The position numbers were made by a program, and so were the translations under genes. This document shows positions 1 to 13,600 of a stretch of DNA of 64,000 bases, piece by piece; positions within the stretch are counted from its first letter, which is position 1; every line of letters starts with the position of its first letter. The notes beneath the pieces are model-generated. The model searched no databases. It was not told the origin of the DNA and saw only the letters and a list, made by a program, of their open reading frames with translations. Source of the DNA: Eledone cirrhosa (lineage: Eukaryota); contig OZ024741.1 in the NCBI GenBank assembly GCA_964016885.1, positions 166,904,001 through 166,968,000 of the forward strand, in the 5' to 3' direction.

Positions 1-1230
1 GCCATCGACGAATTATTGCCTTTACAGACCGCCGCCGCCGCCGCCCGACCGGACCCACGATAGAAGACGTTCGTTACCGCTGGAGCAACGCAAATTACTC
101 CTAGGTTGACGCCAACAACGAGCGCCTTCCCGTCCGGGCGACGTAAAAGTTCTGAAAGCCTTTTTCGCCGAACCTCCTCGCGCCGCCTTTTCCTCGCCTA
201 TTCTTTTTTTTTTCTCCTTTTCGACGGCTAGCCGCATTTCGTGATCCGCCTTTCGATTGCGCTTCCGTCGCGGCAAAAGAATTGCCTTTTTCAGACCGCC
301 GCCGTCGTCGCCCGACCGGACCCACGATAGAAAACGTTCGTTACCGCTGGAGCAACGCAAATTACTCTTCGGTTGACGCCAAAAAACGAACGCCTTCCCG
401 CCCGGTCGGCGTAAAATGTCTGAAAAACCTTTTCGCCGAACGCCTCGCCGCTTCCTCCTCGCCTCTTCTTTTTTTTTTTTTTCGGTCGTTCGCTCGCTCG
501 CTCGCCGACCCTCGGCCTCGACGATTATCCGCCTTCCGAACGACCGCCTTTCCGCCGTCACAGCAGTAGGTTACGCGTCCGTCGTAATAGCCGTCATTTT
601 CATGTAGGAGCAACGCCTAAATGCCCTGCAATGCGTTTGACGACGATCTACGACGGCGACGACGCGCGTCACTCTTCCCTGCTGCGACGAAGACGTTCGT
701 TACCGCTGGAGCAACGCAAATTACTCCTCGGTTGACGCCAAAAAACGAACGCCTTCCCGCCCGCCCGCCCGGTCGGCGTAAAATGTCTGAAAGACCTTTT
801 CGCCGAACGCCTCGCCGCTTCCTCCTCGCCTCTTTTTTTTTTTTTTCTCGTTCGTTCGCTCGCTCTCCGACCCTCGGCCTCGACGATTATCCGCCTTCCG
901 AACAACCGCCTTTCCGCCGTCACAGCAGTAGGTTACGCGTCCGTCGTAATAGCCGTCATTTTCATGTAGGAGCAACGCCTAAATGCCCTGCAATGCGTTT
1001 GACGACAATCTACGACGGCGACGACGCGCGTCACTCTTCCTTGCTGCGACGAAGGTTTCGTTGTTCGGCTTTTTCGTCGTGGACCCGGTCAGGTCATGCC
1101 GCTGACCTCGCGTTGCGTCGCCACTGCCGCGGCGGGCTTGGGTATAGCCGTAGCTACCCTCGTTTTGCCAACGGCGACGCGATATCTATGAAAGAAAGCG
1201 GCGTCGTCCCTCCCGAAGGGACACTGGCAT
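1..1230. repeat. GC/CpG-rich tandem-duplicated repeat (periods of about 267 and 360 bp)
   Basis: gttaccgctggagcaacgcaaattact occurs three times (about 74, 340, 699); about 331-690 is repeated at about 690-1052. Confidence 0.8.
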
Positions 1231-1253
1231 CAAGTCCTTACTATATATATATA

Positions 1254-1302
<49 letters not shown>

Positions 1303-1307
<5 letters not shown>

Positions 1308-1405
1308 ATATCCCCCCAAAATGTATACACACTTCAACAGCATTCTAATAAATATTGCCTGTACAGGTAATCAAAATATGTATACATTTTAGAGGGACAT
1401 ATATA
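1303..1405. mobile_element. Short Tc1/mariner-type MITE
   Basis: Imperfect TIRs atatcccc..aaaatgtataca / tgtatacatttt..gggacat; TA-flanked. Confidence 0.45.
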
Positions 1406-1689
1406 TTAGAGAACAAAGCAGTCGCGACATTGTTGACGTTTATCTTTCTATATCAAAATCCCTCTTACTCAAACCATAGATTTCGAGGAGCAAATCGCAA
1501 GGATCAGAATAATCCTTAACGCCAGGATGTCACATCTTTTTCAAAAGCTTACTGATGTTACAAGAAACATTACTAAAGCATGTATGTGACATACATCTTT
1601 CTTTAATGTTGTTTAACATCTCATAATCCCAGCGAACAGAATGAAGAAGATGTTACTCTGGAGGATGGCGATGCAGACGTACTGGAACA

Positions 1690-2060
1690 GCCACTCAAAT
1701 ACTCGGGGCCTACTCATGGGGGTAGCCACATCCGCACCGATAGCAGTGAGTAGGGATGTTCTCTGGGGCTTTGAATATTGAAAGTCTCCACTGCCACAGG
1801 CTCGACCACAAACCTATGAGAGAGGGGCCGATTCTTCGGTAGTTTGCCCTCTTCGACCCGACGAGCAGAAAGCCTGGGCCAGACGCCGAATGCATCAGAT
1901 TGTCGCTGGAGAAGGTTTCGTAACAGGAAGAATCATAGATTAAGGGCCAACCATCGAGGGATGGAAGATTGTCACGCTGTCAAAGCCTCTTGCCATCACC
2001 TCTACCCAGCCGCGTTAGCTCGAACTGGGAAATGAAGCCTGCGGAACCAGGCCATGGTTT
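1690..2060 (-). mobile_element. Decayed CRE-like non-LTR retrotransposon fragment (REL endonuclease)
   Basis: Frameshifted LGRGDGKR/DSVTIF...LIYDSSC.ETFS...FVVEPVAVET; overlaps in homology with the fragment at 50941-51186. Confidence 0.6.
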
Positions 2061-2555
2061 ATGATCTGGATGTCACCATTGTTTCTCAATTACTCAGACT
2101 GCGTCCTTAATCCAAGTAAAACCCAGCGATGTATGGTTTATAATCTCATTAGCAGTCATCCTGGTTGATGACATCCATTACTCTGATGAGTCTTATGTGG
2201 TGCCACTGGCTGGCTGATTGATCAACTGATGTTTGGGATTTATGACATGTTTTAATAGTATGTTACAATGGTATGTTACAGTGGTATGGTACAATGCTAT
2301 GTTATAGTGGTATACAGTGATATGGTACAATGGTATCTTACAATGGTATGTTACAGTGGTATGGTACAATGGTATACAGCTATACCCCTCCCATCTAAAG
2401 CGATAATTAGAAACTAAAACAACAGGTTTTCTCTATCCTGAACATGTAAAGAAAGCTGTATATGCATATAGCTTCATTCTCATATACTCACACATAGAAA
2501 CTGATATATATATATATGTATATATAGATACACACACACACACACACACACACAC

Positions 2556-2610
<55 letters not shown>

Positions 2611-2612
<2 letters not shown>

Positions 2613-2775
2613 AAAATGTTCAAGACCCCGACGGCAGAGCTCAAGCCGTTTCGACGGCTATTTCTGGACTGAAATAGCTGTCGAAACGGATTGAGCTATT
2701 ACCCACTCTACTACCCTGGGTATTGAGTACTCTGGTGCGTTATGGTCCATCGGGTTCCTTACCCCACTTCCTACG

Positions 2776-2778
<3 letters not shown>
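2611..2778 (+). mobile_element. Family B TA-embedded palindromic element (half-hammerhead)
   Basis: gaccccgacggc...gccgtttcgacggcta-loop-tagctgtcgaaacgg plus tail attacccactctactacc...ttgagtactctggtgcgttatgg. Confidence 0.75.
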
Positions 2779-2858
<80 letters not shown>

Positions 2859-3856
2859 CACATATATATATATACATATATACACACCTACATGCACTGG
2901 TGTCAGGGTGATTTTACGAATGTGCTTCAGTTTGTGTACATGCTTCTATGTATGTATATGTGCATGTGCGTTTGTCAGTGTTTTTGTGATTCAATGTGTG
3001 TGTACGTGAGTGTGTGTATATGTGCATCTGTGCCGGTAGATATGAGAGTGCACGTCAGTTTGTGTGTATGTGTATTTTAGTGCATGTGTGACTGCATCTC
3101 AATAACAGGGTGCGCGCATGTAGATGACGGTGTGTGCATATGTATATGTGTGTATATGTGTGTATATGTGAGCGTGCGTGCGTGCGTGCGTGTGTGTATT
3201 TGTTACTGTATCAAGAGTGAGCAACAGCATATGAAATGATAATATCACTTTGTATGGGCAACTGGTTGAGAGAAGTCGCCTGCTTCGCATCTTTGCACCT
3301 TCAAACATAGAAGAACGTACACCAGCTCCTAATATGTTCATCACCTTTAGCTTATCACTCGATAGAATAAATTAGAAACATACACACAGATAAGAAAATA
3401 TACACAAACGACACATACACGTACACTTACATGGATACTCACTCACTCACTTACACACACACACACACATATATATATATAGATGTGGGGATATACTTTA
3501 AAAATCTAAAACGATAAAATGAAAGAAATAACCTGAGATATTCCCCGGTGGATAACTAAACGTAAATTAAAAAGTTTTATGAATGGAACTTTAGCTAGAA
3601 AGGAAGGGGGAGATGGGGAGGGGAACATTGAAAATTAGGCGAAAGAGGGTGGAGAAAGAGAGAGGTGGGTGGGTTTAATTAAAACGTATTGTCAGAAAAC
3701 AACGAAGAAAAAATGAAATATAAAATAAATCATTAACTAATAATTAATTATATAAATGTCAAATAGAAAAAAAAATTGAAGTATTGTTATGCTACAAAAA
3801 ACTGCATACACGCAGGCGGATACATATATATATACATATATATATATATACCAAAG

Positions 3857-3907
<51 letters not shown>

Positions 3908-4116
3908 TAAATAAATAAATGCTATTGTTAATTAATAATTAATTAATACTTTGACACTTCGCACAAAGTAAAATAAGTTGTTTTAAACATTTTCTAAACC
4001 AGAAAAAAGAGAAAAAAATAACGAAAAAAAATTTTTTATCTTCTTAATCGTTTTTTTCTCCCTTATATATATATATATATATATATATTAGTGAGTGTGT
4101 ATATATATATTACTTA

Positions 4117-4454
4117 ATAATTGTTTCTACTTTTAGGCACAAGGCCAGCAATAACTCAATGAATTACTGGTACTTTATTTTATCGACCCCGTAAGGATGA
4201 AAGGCGAAGTTATAATGATAATCAGTACTAATAATAAATATTTGCACAACGGGTTTATATATACTCTATATATATTCAATCCTTATCAAGCCCTCTCTGG
4301 ATTTGGGATTTTGTATTTATTACGTCCCTTTACATTCTGAGTTCAAATCCCGCCGAGGTTAACTTTGCCTTTCATCCTTACGAGGTCGATAAAATAAAGT
4401 ACCAGTAATGTACTGGTAATTGCTGGCCTTGTGCTTAAAGTAGAAACAATTATT
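4117..4454. mobile_element. Two truncated SINEs in opposite orientation (4117-4210 on -, 4321-4454 on +)
   Basis: Family match on both strands. Confidence 0.8.
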
Positions 4455-4466
4455 ACTATATATATA

Positions 4467-4763
<297 letters not shown>

Positions 4764-5015
4764 ATTTTATTAGTATAGAAACTACTACTACGGGACTAGA
4801 ACTGTTTCACTCGTATGAAATTATACAAATGAATCAGTGATAGTCCTGTAGAAGTATAATATATAATATATATAACCCCCCCCCCCCCCACATATATATA
4901 TATATGTATATATATATGTATATATATATGTATATATATATATATATATATTAGAAAGTGAGGTTTTTTTTTTTACAAAATGAAAAATAACCGAGGTGTC
5001 CTACACGAGTGAAAG

Positions 5016-5306
5016 TATAAAGAAAAAGAGATGAAATCGAAAATGCAACTGGAGTCTTATTTTTAAAAAAAATATATATATTTATTTGGTTCCTTTACCG
5101 GTTTCGCAGTTCTTCTGCTTTTCAAAAGGTGAGTTGAGATGGAGGGTCTGTGGTTTTTCTGAGAAAAACCACAGACCCTCCATCTCAACTAACCTTTTGA
5201 AAAGCAGAAGAACTGCGAAACCGGTAAAGGAACCAAATAAATATATATATTTAAAAAAAAAATAAGACTCCAGTTGCATTTTCGATTTCATCTCTTTTTC
5301 TTTATA
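5016..5306. mobile_element. Fold-back palindrome (about 290 bp) carrying hammerhead-like motifs, TA-flanked
   Basis: Near-perfect inverted repeat centred on 5161 (tttttct-g-agaaaaa); the right arm runs into (TA)n. Confidence 0.75.
5193..5230 (+). ncRNA. Hammerhead-like motif with variant core TTGAAAA (mirror copy on - at about 5091-5128)
   Basis: cctt TTGAAAA gcag-aagaa-ctgc GAA ACCGGT A aagg. All three stems are present and stem III is palindromic. Confidence 0.55.
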
Positions 5307-5324
5307 TATATATATATATATATA

Positions 5325-5800
5325 TACGATATTAAATAAATGGAAACTATATTTATAAAACCATATTTATTTCACTATATATATTTCAGGCATATCATAT
5401 TAACAATATGTTATGCCTTCTTCAGACAAAATACAATATAGACAGTTTTATAGATAAATAGATTTGGCATACCGTTCAACATCGACTTGTATTTGAAAAA
5501 GTTGATTTGGCAGATCAATTTGGTTGACTGCCAAATCAACTTTTTCAAATACAAGTCGACGTTGAACGGTATGCCAAATCTATTTATCTATAAAACTGTC
5601 TATATTGTATTTTGTCTGAAGAAGGCATAACATATTGTTAATATGATATGCCTGAAATATATATAGTGAAATAAATATGGTTTTATAAATATAGTTTCCA
5701 TTTATTTAATATCGTAAATATACTCCAAATACTTGTTGAGTGCTTTTATATCAGTTATAAATATTTACTAGTTGTAACCCAACAATTTAAATATAACTTT

Positions 5801-5803
<3 letters not shown>
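5325..5803. mobile_element. Family A fold-back element: palindrome 5325-5716 plus a one-sided tail
   Basis: Arms of about 190 bp, near identical; the tail contains ttgagtgc; (TA)n on both sides. Confidence 0.75.
5608..5673 (+). ncRNA. Hammerhead ribozyme motif (family A); mirror copy on - at 5368-5433
   Basis: tattttgt CTGAAGA aggcata...tatgcct GAA ATATATAT A gtgaaata. Confidence 0.7.
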
Positions 5804-5869
<66 letters not shown>

Positions 5870-5931
5870 CCACCTGGTTCCTTACCTTGGTGCGTTATGA
5901 TCCACCTGTTTCCTTCGGTATATATATATAT

Positions 5932-6105
5932 GAAGGAAACAGGTGGATCATAACGCACCAAAGTACTCAATACTTAGGGTAGTAGAGTGGGTAATAGGAA
6001 CGAGTAGGACCCCGACGGCTGAGCTCAAGCCGTTTCGACGGCTAATTCTGGACTAGAATTAGCCGTCGAAACGGCTTGAGCTCAGCCGTCGGGGTCCTAC
6101 TCGTT

Positions 6106-6108
<3 letters not shown>
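5932..6108 (-). mobile_element. Family B element (extra inverted tail fragment at 5866-5917)
   Basis: Full palindrome plus tail, TA-flanked. Confidence 0.75.
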
Positions 6109-6196
<88 letters not shown>

Positions 6197-6580
6197 GTAT
6201 ATATGTTTATATATATATATATGCATATATGTATATATACATATATATGTATATACATACACCCACACACACACACACCCATATATATAAATGTAAATAC
6301 ACTTACATGCACATGTTTATTTAATCTATGTGTAGAATATACCTATACAAAATATATGCTTATCCACACACACACACACATGCATGCATACACGTATAAA
6401 CATGATTGTGTGTGTGTGTGTGTCTGTATGTATATACAATGGAATTCTACGTAACCATAGTAACGAAGCGGTGAATTAGTCGAAATCTAATATATTATTA
6501 TTGCACATGTCTATTCGTGTGTATACACTGTGAGCAGTGTGGTGGCATGTGATATAGGTGTATGTGTATATATATATATG

Positions 6581-6644
<64 letters not shown>

Positions 6645-6682
6645 ATATTAATAAATGGAAACTATATTTATAAAACCATATT

Positions 6683-6748
6683 TATTTTATTATACATATT
6701 TCAAGGGCAACCAAGGCAAATTATGGTGCGCTTTCATCAGATAAAATA
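6683..6748 (-). ncRNA. Hammerhead ribozyme motif (family A)
   Basis: Reverse complement reads tattttat CTGATGA aagcgcacca...tggttgccctt GAA ATATGTAT A ataaaata. Confidence 0.65.
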
Positions 6749-6824
6749 CAGATTTGTTTTATAAATAAATATTGACATACATTGATTGCTTTATATCAGT
6801 TATAACTATATATATATGTATGTA

Positions 6825-6931
<107 letters not shown>

Positions 6932-7005
6932 GTGCGTGCGTGTGTGTGTGTGTGTGTGTGCGTGCGTGTGCGCGCGCGTGTGTGTGTGTATGTGCGTGTG
7001 TGTGT

Positions 7006-7075
<70 letters not shown>

Positions 7076-7226
7076 AGGGAGAAAAGGACGATTATTAGGA
7101 AGAAAAATATATTTTTTCCTTTATTTTTTTCTCTTTTTTCTGGGCTAGAAAATGTTTAAAACAAAATATTTTACTTTGTGTGAAGTGTTAAGGTATTAGT
7201 TAATTTATATATTAATTAAAAATAGA

Positions 7227-7258
<32 letters not shown>

Positions 7259-7412
7259 ATACTTTGGGAGGGTCATGTTGCCAATAAGAAACACACGCAC
7301 CAGTTGCTTTCACTTCAATTTATTATAATAAATTTATAAATTTAGGAATTTATAAATCTATAAATTTCTGGTTGGTTGGTTGGTTCCACAACCAGATAGT
7401 TGTTTATATATT

Positions 7413-7455
7413 GTCAAAGTTCTTTCGTCACACATTCTGTGACCTCTTCAGTGAC
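7413..7455 (-). ncRNA. Hammerhead ribozyme motif (family D)
   Basis: Reverse complement reads gtca CTGAAGA g-gtcaca-gaatg-tgtgac GAA AGAACT T tgac. Confidence 0.65.
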
Positions 7456-7610
7456 TGGGGATTCCTTTCTTTGTTTTTGTGCCTCTTCTTTGTTCTGTCC
7501 TACGCCATTTTTTTTCTGTGACACACAGAAACAAAATGGCGTAGGACAGAACGAAGGAGAGGCACAAAAACAAAGAAAAGAATCCCCAGTCACTGAAGAG
7601 GTCACAGAAT
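7434..7610. repeat. Fold-back palindrome (family D)
   Basis: attctgtgacctcttcagtgac...gtcactgaagaggtcacagaat inverted repeat, centred at about 7521. Confidence 0.8.
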
Positions 7611-7654
7611 TAGCCGTCGAAACGGCTTGAGCTCAGCCGTCGGGGTCTTACTTG

Positions 7655-8116
<462 letters not shown>

Positions 8117-8696
8117 TTCTACCTGGAGTTGCGACCGATAGATAGTACTAGCAACTGGAAAGACCAACGGAAACATTCTTTCCTCGGTCCGATTTGACGA
8201 AAGTCGATCGATCCTTTATATATATATGCGTGTTTGTGTGTGTGTGTGTGTAAGAAAAAACTGAACTTTCATTTGCATGTTTATGTTTTTATTGAATATT
8301 GACTTTTAACGCGCGTTTTGCAGATGATTGGCTCAAGGTCACCTGTGGCAACTATGGACCCAACTCCTGCATCGATCTACTAGTCAGACAGGTGATTAAA
8401 ATATATATTTGTGTCTGTGTTTATGTCCTGTAACATAACGGTTGGACAGAAAAATAGTTGATAAAATAAGTACCAGACTGGAAACAATAAATGGTGGTGT
8501 TACAGCATGGCCGTAGTGTAATGGCCGAAACCACCAAATGAATAAATTATTGAAGAATAAAAGTGTAATATATGTATAAATGATGAGGATGAAATATACT
8601 AGCGGACTTGTGCCGTTAATAAATGAAGGCAATAACGTATTTTATTTTCAGAGTCCAGGATTAAGTATGACATATATACCTGGATTACTGTATATA

Positions 8697-8965
8697 CAGG
8701 GGCTGTGGAACTGGGGTGGTGGAGGGCGTCAGGTAGGGGACATGGCCTTCCCCAATAATTATATCTTTTACCATCCAAACTACCAAAACACATATCTATT
8801 TGTATATGCGCTACAATTTATGTACATGCTATGTTTATTGCATATCGAATTTTATATATTTTGGTTGATATTTGATAACAGCTGAACTAATTACTACAAC
8901 TATATTGACTAAATTTGCCCCACCCCTACCCCACCCCTAATTGAGAAATCCTCCCACCGCTCCTG
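8697..8965. mobile_element. MITE-like element (cagggg...ctcctg ends)
   Basis: Imperfect terminal inverted repeats with G-rich and C-rich subterminal blocks. Confidence 0.4.
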
Positions 8966-9127
8966 TGCATGAATAATTATTGAGTTTTGATAAATTAATA
9001 GTTTGCACAAGAGAATCTCTATAGTTTATATTGATTACTTAGACGTACAATTGATTAAAGATAAGATTGACAGTTTGATCATTTATTTCCAAGATATAAT
9101 TATATAAATGTTTAACATTGTATAAAT

Positions 9128-9348
9128 CATGTCAAACATGCGACCCGCAGGCCGCATTCAGCCATTTAAAAGCACACCTGTAGCCCGCACAAAAGTTTTC
9201 ACAGCGCGAGCCGAGCATATTCTATCTTCGTAATATAAGATAAAAAAAAATTAGTTGTAATGTACGCAATTAGTTGTCGTGTGTGGCCCTCAGCCAACAT
9301 ATATGTGACTTATGCGGCCCTCGGGAGAGCCTCAGTTTGACATGCCTG
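9128..9348. mobile_element. hAT-like MITE
   Basis: catgtcaaac...gtttgacatg TIR and gcggccc subterminal motifs; flanked by a direct repeat of about 95 bp (9020-9118, 9352-9443). Confidence 0.55.
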
Positions 9349-9635
9349 CCCTATAGTTTATATTGATTACTTAGAATTGATTAAAGATAAGATTGACAGT
9401 TTAATAATTTATTTCTAAGATATAATTATATAAATGTTCAACATATGTGTATAAATGACATACAGGAATAAGTGTGTGGGTGACTTTGGAGAAATGACTA
9501 TTCACAGTAACAAATGTAGGTTTAGAACCCAGGACGTTGTGATTGGAAAATGAACTTCTTTTTGTAAGAAACGTAACTGAGATAGGGAATGCACTGTGAG
9601 TGTTTACTGTGTAAATTTTAAGGAGTTACAGACGG

Positions 9636-9699
<64 letters not shown>

Positions 9700-9773
9700 G
9701 AACACACTTATAGCATATAGATATATACATATATATAAATAATATATACATATATATAATATGTACATATTTA

Positions 9774-9851
<78 letters not shown>

Positions 9852-9970
9852 TATATACATACATACAAACACACACACACACATATATATACATACCCAC
9901 ACACGCATATATTTATATATACATATAGATATATAATATAAACATATATATATATATATATATACATACA

Positions 9971-10045
<75 letters not shown>

Positions 10046-10113
10046 ATGTATGTATATATATATATATATATGTTTATATTATATATCTATATGTATATAT
10101 AGATATATATGTA

Positions 10114-10257
<144 letters not shown>

Positions 10258-10581
10258 CATACATACATATATATACATACATATACATACACACAGCCAC
10301 ATGCAATTTGAATTTGAATGTATGTATGTGTATATGTGTATGTACGTGTGTGTATATGTGTATGTACATGTGTGTATGTACGTGTATATACGCGTGTGTG
10401 TATATATGTAACCGAATGTTTATATCTATATGTATGAATGAATGGGTCGATATGATAAAGGTGATATGCACAATAAAACTATTGTATGTGCATATAAATA
10501 TGTGTCCACTTGAGAGCTCTTAATCATACTTGTCTATTATATACATACATATAATTACACATATACACATACATACACACT

Positions 10582-10620
<39 letters not shown>

Positions 10621-10806
10621 CATATATATATACATACATATATATATACATATATATATATATACATACGTGCATGCATATATATACATACATACATGCA
10701 TATATATATATAAATATATATACATATATATATATATGTATATATGCATGTATGTATGTATATATATATATTATATATATATATATAGATAGATATATAT
10801 GTGTGT

Positions 10807-10850
<44 letters not shown>

Positions 10851-10977
10851 CGATATGCATACGCATGTTTTTGTCACCAAAAAATGTCGCTCTATTAAAA
10901 GCAATATCCTTATATTTATATATTCATCTATATATATATACATATGCATGTATATACGTATGTATGTATGTATATAC

Positions 10978-11008
<31 letters not shown>

Positions 11009-11339
11009 TGTATGTATGTATGTATGTATGTATGTATGTATGTGTGTATGTATGTATGTATGTATGTATGTGTGTATGTATGTGTGTGTATGTGTGTGTA
11101 TGTGTGTGTGTATGTATGTTCGTCCTTTCTCTACCCGAGGAAGGTAAAAAAAAATATTTTCTGCGAAGTATCTTCATCTAGAATTTTATTTTTACCTCTA
11201 ATTATAGATATAGAATATCGGGTTGCATGTTGCGCACGAAGTAGCTGGACAAACCGTCACATCCGCTGAGACGGGTTTAGTCCTATTGGAACATCTAATT
11301 AGGGGGTGTACAGGAGTTATTCATTGTATAGCCTAACAA

Positions 11340-11559
11340 CTATTTTTAAATTAATTCCTCTATTCCACCATATTAAACATTTATCTTCCACTTTTGAAAA
11401 AATTTAAAAGTTTAAAACACTTCAAAATATATATTTATATCTCATCTGTTGTATATTTATTTATTAATGTAAGTAATATTAATTATTATCAGAAAGTTTG
11501 CCATCTATTGGCTATCGAAATTCTGTAGAAACCCTCACACCCCTAAGGTAAAATATAAA
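11340..11559 (+). promoter_or_regulatory. Candidate ELC promoter: MEF2-like site and TATA box
   Basis: CTATTTTTAA (YTA(W)4TAR) at 11340-11349 and TATAAA at 11554-11559, about 120 bp upstream of the ATG. Both motifs are weak evidence in AT-rich DNA. Confidence 0.3.
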
Positions 11560-11675
11560 CTGTTCCCAATAAAATAAGACTACCTAGGTAATAGAAGAAA
11601 CGGTATATCTAGCATTCCCACTTTAGCGAGGTACAGACTTACCACTACTGGCAGCACCTAGTAAGCATAAACAAA

Positions 11676-11678
11676 ATG
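11676..11678 (+). CDS. Myosin essential light chain gene 1, exon 1 (ATG only)
   Basis: acaaaATG|gtaagt is a perfect donor directly after the ATG. This is a layout typical of calmodulin-superfamily genes and matches the phase-0 start of the next exon. Confidence 0.8.
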
Positions 11679-11980
11679 GTAAGTTATCTTTCGGTTTGCA
11701 GCAAATCTTCAAACTATAATACTACAATGTAAACTTTTAACAAATATTGGCCAGCATCATACTTGAATGTTATATATATATATATATAATACTTCATCTT
11801 GATTATATATATATATATATATATATATAATACTTCATCTTGATGTTACGCAAAACTAGTTTCTTAGGGATTCTAAAACTATTTAATTTTACTTTTACAT
11901 AAAAATGAAAGTAACATTTATCTTTCTAATATATATAATATATATACGTCAATATCTATTTGTAAAACTGTGATATATTG

Positions 11981-12045
11981 TATTTTGTCTGATGAAGGCA
12001 TACCATGATTTAACTTGGTATCCTTGAAATATATATAATGAAATA
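11981..12045 (+). ncRNA. Minimal type I hammerhead ribozyme motif (family A) in ELC intron 1
   Basis: Stem I tattttgt / CTGATGA / stem II aggcatacca...tggtatcctt / GAA-ATATATAT-A / stem I' atgaaata. Predicted cleavage after 12037. Confidence 0.75.
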
Positions 12046-12228
12046 AATATGGTTTTATAAATATAGTTTCCATTTATTAATATTGTATATATATATATAT
12101 ATATATATATAATGAACAATTTAATGAAGACTACAAAAGAAAAGAAAGTGGAGCTATTTTCGAATATTTGAAATATAAAAATATATTTTTGTGTTTTTTT
12201 ATTCTAACTTCTTTTTCATTTATTTTAG

Positions 12229-12256
12229 TCTCAACTCACAAAGGACGAAATTGAAG
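12229..12256 (+). CDS. Myosin essential light chain gene 1, exon 2 (SQLTKDEIE)
   Basis: Polypyrimidine tract + tag|TCT CAA CTC ACA AAG GAC GAA ATT GAA G|gtatgt. It matches the cephalopod ELC N-terminus as recalled, and its phase-1 end joins exon 3 in frame. Confidence 0.92.
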
Positions 12257-12494
12257 GTATGTTGGTCATATATATTTATATACGGACTATTTATATATTC
12301 TTACAGACATACATATATATATATACACATACATACATACATACATACATACAAATATATATATATGCACATACATACACACACACACATGCTCATATAC
12401 ATATTACATACCCACATACATTTATAACAACTACAATAATAATAACAATGAACATAATATACCGGTATATATTAGATAGATAGATTAATTGAGT

Positions 12495-12554
<60 letters not shown>

Positions 12555-13039
12555 AGATAAGAGAGAGACTAAAGAAATATCTCAAATTTTGTCGGGTCAC
12601 TCAATGACGTAATATCATTTAATTTTAGAGGGAAAGAGAAAAAAAATTATAGAGAAAAAGAGAGAAAAAGAGAAGAGAGAGAAGGGTAGAAAGATAGAAA
12701 AAAAAGAGAGAAGAGAGAGAGAGAAATATTAAGAGAATCAAGCCGGATCTATTGACATTAGTTGGAGTTACCTGATAGAGAAAAGGAGAAAAACATGGAA
12801 AAAAACGAAAAATACCGAGTAAACAGCTGATCCTGTGACACTTTTGGTCCATGTCTCACCTTTTTAAACTCTTTCTTTCTCTTTCTCTCCCTCTCTCTTT
12901 TCCCCTCTTTCTTTATTTTGTCAATCTCTCTTTTATTCCAACTCTGTCTCTCGTTGTTTCTCTTTCTCTCTTATTTTTCGACTCTGTGTCTCCCTGCCTT
13001 CTTAATTCTCTCTTTGCTCTTCTGTCTCTCTGCCTCTCT

Positions 13040-13098
<59 letters not shown>

Positions 13099-13113
13099 CC
13101 TCTTTCTCTTTGC

Positions 13114-13145
<32 letters not shown>

Positions 13146-13183
13146 CTCTCTCTCTCTTCCCCTCTTTCTCTTTGCCTCTCTCT

Positions 13184-13255
<72 letters not shown>

Positions 13256-13542
13256 CATCTTTTTAGTTCACCCCGCCCTCCATTCCTTCCCTCATCTTTC
13301 TCGTTCCTCTTTCCTGTAGATCTTTTCTCCCTATCACTTTCTCATACACACACATATATCTACACACACGCATACATATACGACATACATATACCATATG
13401 CATACATACACACTTATACCCTTTGATTTACTCATTTGTGCGATTTCTACGTAACTATACCCTCACATAGATTATAATGTATAACAAAATGAATATATAA
13501 TAATTATATATATATATATATAATAATTATATATATATATAA

Positions 13543-13600
<58 letters not shown>

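Noticed and set aside
22-1370. Arg/Lys-rich ORFs in the GC-rich repeat
   Set aside because: Low stop frequency follows from GC content; frames shift between repeat copies; no recognisable domain.
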